Shown here: positions 58,041 through 64,000 of the stretch, in pieces | Layout: every line of letters begins with the position of its first letter | Position numbering within the stretch: the first letter of the stretch is position 1 | Source: Alphaproteobacteria bacterium | Lineage (GTDB): Bacteria; Pseudomonadota; Alphaproteobacteria; RF32; CAG-239 | Assembly (NCBI GenBank): GCA_017445475.1 | Contig: JAFSUB010000023.1 | Coordinates: forward strand, 3,574 to 67,573 | Direction of reading: 5' to 3' | Length of the DNA: 64,000 nucleotides | The notes under the pieces: model-generated | Databases searched by the model: none | What the model was told of the DNA's origin: nothing | What the model saw: only the letters and a program-made list of their open reading frames with translations | Program-made: the position numbers and the translations under genes

Positions 58041-59039
58041 TTGAACAGTAAAAAAGGCAATAAAATGGTTAATGTTAATGAAAATAGTGCCTATAAAAGA
58101 GGTCAGGAACTTTTAGATAATGGCATGTACCGCGAGTCAATTGAGCTTTTTGACGCGGCAATCAGGGAACAACCCGATTCTTGGAAGGCAATCAATTCCA
58201 AAGGTTTTGCTTTCCAGAAAATGAGCAGATACACCGAAGCGGTTGAGTGTTTTGACAAAGCCCTGCAGATTAATCCGAAATCCGTTGAAGTTTTAAACAA
58301 CAAAGGCGTTACGCTTTCAATGCGCGGCTTATATAAAGAGGCAATAGAGTGTTTTGATGCCGCATATAAGGCTGATCCGACATCGCTTGAAGCCTTAAAC
58401 GGAAAGGCAATTGCCCTGCAGCATATGTTTTTGTTCAAAGAAGCTTTAGACGTTTTGGAACAGGCAATGAAGGTTGATCCGAAGCACGCGCAAACTTTGC
58501 TCAGCATTGCCGTAACGCTTCAAAAACTTAAGCAGTATGACCGGTCTCTTTCATTTTTTAAGAAAGTTTTGGCATCCGACAAATCAAATGTGAAAGCGTG
58601 GAACGGAATCGGTGTTACATATCAGCTGATGGGCGACAACGATTCGGCTTTGAAATGCTTTACAAAAATTTTAAACATCAACAGCTCTGAAATTCAGGCA
58701 TGGATTAGCATCGGCTTTGTTTATCAGAAGATGTTTAAGTTTAAGGACGCTTTAAAATGTTATAAAAAAGCGCAAACTTTTGTCGGCGGAAAATATCATC
58801 ACAAGCTCTACGACGGCTTGGCTTCGTGTTTAACGAAACTTTCGGAGTTTGATCAGGCCATTGAGGTATACAAGCAAATCTTCCAACGCGAAGAAGGCAA
58901 GAAAAAATGGGATGCGCAGCGCTCAATCAAGTTTGTTACAAAATTAAAGCGCAAGCAAGCCATCGGCATTCTGCCCGACATTATGGCCAATGCCCCGAAA
59001 GAAGAAGCATCAGCCAAAGAAGAAACAGACGAGAGTTAA
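58041..59039 (+). CDS. Tetratricopeptide-repeat protein
   Basis: At least 8 TPR units (AIECFDAAYKADP, ALDVLEQAMKVDP, ...). An alternative start lies at 58065. Confidence 0.6.
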   Translation: MNSKKGNKMVNVNENSAYKRGQELLDNGMYRESIELFDAAIREQPDSWKAINSKGFAFQKMSRYTEAVECFDKALQINPKSVEVLNNKGVTLSMRGLYKEAIECFDAAYKADPTSLEALNGKAIALQHMFLFKEALDVLEQAMKVDPKHAQTLLSIAVTLQKLKQYDRSLSFFKKVLASDKSNVKAWNGIGVTYQLMGDNDSALKCFTKILNINSSEIQAWISIGFVYQKMFKFKDALKCYKKAQTFVGGKYHHKLYDGLASCLTKLSEFDQAIEVYKQIFQREEGKKKWDAQRSIKFVTKLKRKQAIGILPDIMANAPKEEASAKEETDES

Positions 59040-59058
59040 TCTTCAAAATAAAGTTAAA

Positions 59059-59095
59059 AAAAAGCATCTCAAAAGTTTTTTTGAGGTGTTTTTTT
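59059..59095. terminator. Bidirectional terminator between the convergent TPR gene and yejB
   Basis: aaaaaagcatctcaaaagtttttttgaggtgttttttt. Confidence 0.4.
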
Positions 59096-59113
59096 AGCGC
59101 TTAATAACCGCAT

Positions 59114-60187
59114 TTACAATTTTTCAAAGTTAATCCGCGGATCAACAAGGCAATAGGTTAAATCACTTATAAGCTTTAAGATGAGACCTAAAAGTGCAAA
59201 AATATAAAGCGTGCCGAAAATAACGGGATAATCACGTGTCATAATTGCCTCATAACCCAACAGTCCCAAACCGTTTAACGAAAAAATAACCTCAATTAAA
59301 ACAGAGCCCGTAAAAAGCATTTTAATCAAAAGCGAAGGAAAACCTGCAATAATAATCAGCATCGCATTTCTGAAAACATGTTTATATAAAATTTGCTTTT
59401 CGCTCAAACCTTTGGCACGTGCGGTTAAAACATATTGTTTGCTTATCTCGTCTAAAAATGAATTTTTGGTAAGCATCGTCAAACCCGCAAACCCACCGAT
59501 AACAATCGCAAAAACCGGCAAAGTGATGTGCCAGAAATAGTCTTTAATTTTACCAAAAAGCGATAAGGTTTCGAAATAATCCGATGTTAAGCCGCGCAAA
59601 GGAAACCATTGAAAATATGTTCCGCCCGCAAAAAACACAATTAAAAAAACGGCAAACAAAAACACGGGAATTGCCGAACCGATGATAATGGCAAAACTTG
59701 TTGACGTGTCAAATTTAGTGCCGTCATAAAGTGCTTTTTTAATTCCGAGCGGAATGGAAATCAAATAAATAATCAGCGTTGACCAAAGCCCAAGCGAAAT
59801 TGAAACCGGCATACGCTCAAAAATCAGTTCCAAAACGGATTTATCCTGATAATAGCTTCTGCCAAAGTCAAAACGGGCATAATCTTTGAGCATTTTGTAA
59901 AAACGCTCATACCACGGCTTATCAAACCCGAACTGTTTGTTCAATTCTTCAATCAAATCTTCGTCCACACCGCGTGAACCCTGATAAGCGGAATTTTTAG
60001 AAGCTTCCGAAGCTTGCGGTGTTGATGTAAATTGCGCTTTACTGTCGGTGTTTAAGCCCTGATATTTTGCCAAGATATATTCCACCGGTCCGCCCGGCGA
60101 AAATTGAATAACGGCAAAATTAACCGCTAAAATACCAAAAAGCGTCAGCGGAATAAGTAAAAGCCTTTTAATGATATACGTGCGCAT
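59114..60187 (-). CDS. yejB: ABC transporter permease, YejB-like (DppB/OppB family)
   Basis: [37 protein letters not shown]... Confidence 0.75.
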   Translation of the reverse strand: MRTYIIKRLLLIPLTLFGILAVNFAVIQFSPGGPVEYILAKYQGLNTDSKAQFTSTPQASEASKNSAYQGSRGVDEDLIEELNKQFGFDKPWYERFYKMLKDYARFDFGRSYYQDKSVLELIFERMPVSISLGLWSTLIIYLISIPLGIKKALYDGTKFDTSTSFAIIIGSAIPVFLFAVFLIVFFAGGTYFQWFPLRGLTSDYFETLSLFGKIKDYFWHITLPVFAIVIGGFAGLTMLTKNSFLDEISKQYVLTARAKGLSEKQILYKHVFRNAMLIIIAGFPSLLIKMLFTGSVLIEVIFSLNGLGLLGYEAIMTRDYPVIFGTLYIFALLGLILKLISDLTYCLVDPRINFEKL

Positions 60188-61990
60188 TTATTTTTCCTTC
60201 ATCCACCAAGTAAAGGGCTGAAAACCAACTTTTTGCGGGCTGTCGGGCATTTCAAATTTGTTTTGATATCCAACTCTGCTGAAAGGCGAATACCACTGAA
60301 AAATGAGATAATATTCACTAAGCAAAACCCTGTCCAACGCTTTAACATAGGCTTCATAATCGCTTCTGTCCTGCGCAGAGATAATTTTTTCAATCAAATC
60401 ATCAACAACCTTGTTTTCAATGCCCATAATATTATAACTGCCACGTATGTTTGCTGTTTTGCTCGAATAAAATTCTCGAAGCTCACTGCCTGGCATGGCA
60501 CTGATGCGATAAGACATAATGGCCATATCAAAATCAAAATTATCGATTCTGTTTTTGAAAACATTAACTTCTAATGTGCGAAAAGTGGCCTTAATACCGA
60601 TTTTTTTAAGATTCTCAATAAACGGCAACATCACGCGCGTAAATGTTGTGCCGTTCGCCGAGTTACTTAAAATTTCTATTGTCAGCGGTTCTTTTGTTTG
60701 AAGATTAACCATCTGACCGTCTTCAAAACCATAACCCGCTTCGCGCAAAAGCCGAACCGCCGCAACAAGATTCTGGCGCACCTTTTCCTTGCTTGAATTA
60801 TCGGGCAACGTAAAAGGTTTTTCAAAAACATCCGCGTCCAAAAGAGGTTTATAGTTTTCCAAAATCTTTCTTTCCTTGCCGACAGGCAAGCCGGTTGCTT
60901 CCATTCCGGTATTGGTAAAATAGCTGTATAGCCTGCGGTATGCACCGTAAAAAAGTTTTTCGTTTGCCCATTCAAAATTAAACGCCAAATCAAGCGCGCG
61001 GCGCACGCGTTTGTCCTTAAATTTACCACGCCGCAAATTGATGGCAAAATGCTGCAGAACGGCCGGATTTTGGTGCTCAAACGCCTTTTTTATCACCTTG
61101 CCCGATTTCACCAACTCGTTGTCATAACCGGTGGCCCAAATTTTGGCGATGTATTCTTCCCGAACATCAATATTTCCCGAAAACAAAGCCTGCAGAGTTA
61201 CCGTTGTGTCTTGATAATAGTCAAGCCGAATTTCATCAAAATTAAAAAAACCTCTGCGCACCGGCAAATCTTTTGCCCAATAGTTTTTATCGCGTTCCAA
61301 AACAATGTATTTTCCGGCTTTGAACGTTTTAATTTTATACGCTCCGCCGCCAAGCGGAATTTGAAGCGACGGCTTGGCAAAATCTCTTCCTTCCCAATCT
61401 TTTTTAGGAAAAATCTTAAACTGGGTTAAAATCAGCGGCAACTCTTTGTTTTGCGAACCTTCTTTGAAATAAAAACGAACATGACGCTCTGAAATTTTTT
61501 CGGCTTTTGCAACATCAGCATAATACACTCTGTATATCGGCGCACCTTTTTCAAGAAGCGTGTTAAAACTAAAAATAACGTCATCGGCCAAAATCGGAGA
61601 ACCATCGGCAAATGTTGCTTTTTCGTTTAAGATAAAGCCGACATAATTTTCCCCCAACTCAAATTTTTCCGCAATTAAAGGATATGCAACCGAAATGTCA
61701 TCAGAAGGCGTAAATCCAAGCGAATCCCAAATCAAATCGGCAGCCGTTGATGAAGCCGTGCCCTTAAAAATAAACGGGTTGAAATTGTCAAAACCGCCAT
61801 ATTCGGGCACAACAATCCGCCCGCCTTTTTTGGCGTTCGGATTAACATAAGCAAAATGAGAAAAACCGTCTTTATATTTTGCCTCTCGGTAAAGCGCGAT
61901 TTTGTTTTCAAAAGCAAGTGCCGCCTTAAAAAAAAGCACACAAAAGGCAAAGATAAATATCAAAAATTTAGTTTGTATCTTGCGCATCAT
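60188..61990 (-). CDS. yejA: Periplasmic solute-binding protein family 5, YejA-like (oligopeptide/microcin C type)
   Basis: Signal peptide and an SBP_bac_5 domain of about 600 aa. Start is likely MMRKIQ at 61990, so the track start at 62035 is an extension. Confidence 0.75.
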   Translation of the reverse strand: MMRKIQTKFLIFIFAFCVLFFKAALAFENKIALYREAKYKDGFSHFAYVNPNAKKGGRIVVPEYGGFDNFNPFIFKGTASSTAADLIWDSLGFTPSDDISVAYPLIAEKFELGENYVGFILNEKATFADGSPILADDVIFSFNTLLEKGAPIYRVYYADVAKAEKISERHVRFYFKEGSQNKELPLILTQFKIFPKKDWEGRDFAKPSLQIPLGGGAYKIKTFKAGKYIVLERDKNYWAKDLPVRRGFFNFDEIRLDYYQDTTVTLQALFSGNIDVREEYIAKIWATGYDNELVKSGKVIKKAFEHQNPAVLQHFAINLRRGKFKDKRVRRALDLAFNFEWANEKLFYGAYRRLYSYFTNTGMEATGLPVGKERKILENYKPLLDADVFEKPFTLPDNSSKEKVRQNLVAAVRLLREAGYGFEDGQMVNLQTKEPLTIEILSNSANGTTFTRVMLPFIENLKKIGIKATFRTLEVNVFKNRIDNFDFDMAIMSYRISAMPGSELREFYSSKTANIRGSYNIMGIENKVVDDLIEKIISAQDRSDYEAYVKALDRVLLSEYYLIFQWYSPFSRVGYQNKFEMPDSPQKVGFQPFTWWMKEK

Positions 61991-63164
61991 CGGTCCACCC
62001 GCCGAAAGGATATGCGAGGTTGTCTTCCGTTTCAAGGGTTTTGGGTTGTTTTTGTTCTTCTTTCACATCATCTTCGGGCGTCGCCTTTTGCTCAAAATTG
62101 ATTTCAAAGCGAGGCTCTGCATCTGTATTTTGCGGCTCGAGCGCCACCGAATCTTCACTCATACTCTTTTGCAATGCCGTAAAAAATGCCTCGTCATCAT
62201 CTTGAGCGTTTTGATTTTCATTTGCGGCAGGCTGTTTTTTACTGCTTTTTGAAAACGGATTGAGCCTTTTGAAGAAAGATTCCGTTTTTTCTTCTTTAGG
62301 TGCATCCATTAAGGCGATTTGCGGCAAATCTTCGAAGGGTTGTTCATCTGTATACAAACTTTCCTCAACGGCGGCATTTTCCGGCACAGCGTGAACCCCG
62401 AGCGCAATAGGGGCCAAAATCGAATAAACTTTACCCATAACGCCCGTTTCCAAAATGGTGATAAAAACACGGTCGCGGTCGTGCTTTTCGAGCAGTCCCA
62501 TCAAATTTTGATAACGCGCGCAAAATTCCAACAGTGTGCCCTTAAAAACGCTGTCTTTGTTTGCTTTTTCCTTAAGATACTGGTCAAAATCAGGCGTCGC
62601 TTTTGCATTTTCGATGAATGTTTTGGCAATGCTCCAACGTTCACCGTTTTTAACTTTAAGCCACAATTCCTCAAGCTTAATGGTCGAGGCCGCATTTGAG
62701 CGCCGCACAATATCGGCCAAAATCTCGTTGATATCGGCCACAAAAATGTCAAATTTGCCGACAATAAATCCGTCTTTAATTTCATGTTCGGCATCGATCA
62801 TCACACGAACAACCAAATCGGTATAATCTTGATTTTTTTTCATCTGAGAGAAAAGCTGCAACAATTTTGTGTCGGTTGATTTTGTTTTGAAATACTGGCT
62901 GATAAATCCGAAAACCTGCCAAACAATCCACACCGGAATAATCACAAGACCGACATATAAAGCAAGCGTGTGCGCATCAACAGACGAAATGTCAACGGTT
63001 TGAAAGCGGCCCGAAACAAAAAGCCCCGAATAAACAAGCCAAATAAGCGATGTGAAAACAGATATAAAAAACAAAAGTGAAAGCAATGTCTTTTCCTTAA
63101 AACTTTTCTTCCTTGAAACCCGAAAATATAAAAGAAGTTTATTTGATTTCCATGCCCTTTTCAA
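61968..63164 (-). CDS. Hypothetical membrane protein with an acidic C-terminal tail
   Basis: Three N-terminal TM helices and a soluble domain with no recognisable motifs. C-terminus is rich in D/E/Q. Confidence 0.4.
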   Translation of the reverse strand: MKRAWKSNKLLLYFRVSRKKSFKEKTLLSLLFFISVFTSLIWLVYSGLFVSGRFQTVDISSVDAHTLALYVGLVIIPVWIVWQVFGFISQYFKTKSTDTKLLQLFSQMKKNQDYTDLVVRVMIDAEHEIKDGFIVGKFDIFVADINEILADIVRRSNAASTIKLEELWLKVKNGERWSIAKTFIENAKATPDFDQYLKEKANKDSVFKGTLLEFCARYQNLMGLLEKHDRDRVFITILETGVMGKVYSILAPIALGVHAVPENAAVEESLYTDEQPFEDLPQIALMDAPKEEKTESFFKRLNPFSKSSKKQPAANENQNAQDDDEAFFTALQKSMSEDSVALEPQNTDAEPRFEINFEQKATPEDDVKEEQKQPKTLETEDNLAYPFGGWTDDAQDTN

Positions 63165-63267
63165 TCTTTTTAAATAAAAAAATCAACAATTATAAAAAAT
63201 AAAAGGTGCTATTTTGAAAATTACGTGTTAATAGTTTGTAAAAGGCCAATTTTTGAAAGAGAAAAAA

Positions 63268-64000
63268 ATGTCCCAAGAAACACCGGAAGTCGTTCTGGAT
63301 TTTGAAAAAGAAATTGTCGAAGTTGAAGAAAAAATTGTTCATCTTCAACAGCTTTCCAAAGATGAAGATGTTGATGTCGAAAAAGAAATCAATCGCTTAA
63401 AAACAAAGCTCAATCGGTTGATGAATGCGGCATATCAAAATTTGACGCCGTGGCAAAAAACGCAAATCGCCCGACACCCGAATCGGCCGCACACGCTTGA
63501 CTATATCCATGCCTTAATTGACGATTTTGTTGTCCTTTCCGGCGACAGGTGTTTTGCCGATGATGAGGCAATGATTGCCGGCATAGGAAAGTTTGAGGGC
63601 ATATCGGTCGGTGTTATCGGTCAGGAAAAAGGACGTGATTTGGAAACGAGGGTAAAACACAATTTCGGTATGGCTCGTCCGGAAGGCTATCGCAAAGCGC
63701 AGCGCCTGATGGATTTGGCCTCACGTATGAATATGCCGATTTTAAGTTTTGTGGACACGGCGGGTGCATACCCCGGTGTTGATGCCGAAGAAAGAGGACA
63801 GGCCGAAGCAATTGCCTCATCAATTGAAAAGAGCTTTGAGCTCAAAGTGCCGCTTATTGCCACCATCATCGGCGAAGGCGGTTCGGGCGGCGCAATTGCA
63901 ATTGCAACGGCAAACGCTGTTTTAATGCTTTCAAATGCCATCTATTCGGTCATTTCGCCTGAAGGCTGTGCCTCCATTTTATGGCGCTCGGCCGATAAGG
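63268..64000 (+). CDS. accA: Acetyl-CoA carboxylase carboxyltransferase alpha subunit (3' end beyond window)
   Basis: [16 protein letters not shown]...[21 protein letters not shown]...[13 protein letters not shown]... Confidence 0.9.
   Translation, partial: MSQETPEVVLDFEKEIVEVEEKIVHLQQLSKDEDVDVEKEINRLKTKLNRLMNAAYQNLTPWQKTQIARHPNRPHTLDYIHALIDDFVVLSGDRCFADDEAMIAGIGKFEGISVGVIGQEKGRDLETRVKHNFGMARPEGYRKAQRLMDLASRMNMPILSFVDTAGAYPGVDAEERGQAEAIASSIEKSFELKVPLIATIIGEGGSGGAIAIATANAVLMLSNAIYSVISPEGCASILWRSADK

Noticed and set aside
1-64000. CRISPR arrays, rRNA operons, transposases/IS elements
   Set aside because: No regularly spaced direct repeats with spacers, no rRNA-like sequence, and no DDE or Tnp-like ORF on either strand.

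Overview
This 64-kb window looks like a chromosomal segment of a low-GC alphaproteobacterium, most likely Rhizobiales-like. The evidence is LpxI-LpxB, GapR (UPF0335), a short single-domain HprK, the AddB-AddA-TrxA block and the atpI-atpB-atpE-atpF'-atpF F0 operon. Coding density is high and most genes are housekeeping: lipid A synthesis, dnaN-recF, pyk, radA-cvpA, an mlaEF-like transporter, tsaE, trpS, queA, lgt, addAB, rdgB, aroK, xerD, F0 ATP synthase, mnmE, yejAB and accA. Several non-core features stand out. There are two tRNA genes, Lys-CTT and Arg-ACG. Each is followed by a duplicated tRNA 3'-end fragment, a terminator hairpin and a shared conserved ~50-nt element. An AT-rich ~1.55-kb islet beside tRNA-Arg is flanked by 20-bp direct repeats and carries two orphan genes, one with a serum-amyloid-A-like motif. 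A 945-aa orphan protein is bracketed by terminators. radA appears frameshifted. A STAS anti-anti-sigma / membrane-anchored anti-sigma-kinase pair sits beside DUF1294 and an ABC exporter. There is a 1126-aa LplT-PlsC-acyl-ACP-synthetase fusion. A Bat (VWA/TPR) operon lacks its MoxR/DUF58 partners. An F0 c subunit has a degenerate glycine motif. A 385-bp intergenic region carries its own promoter and terminator. No CRISPR array, rRNA or obvious transposase was found. All calls come from reading the translations and the DNA by eye; no database search was possible.
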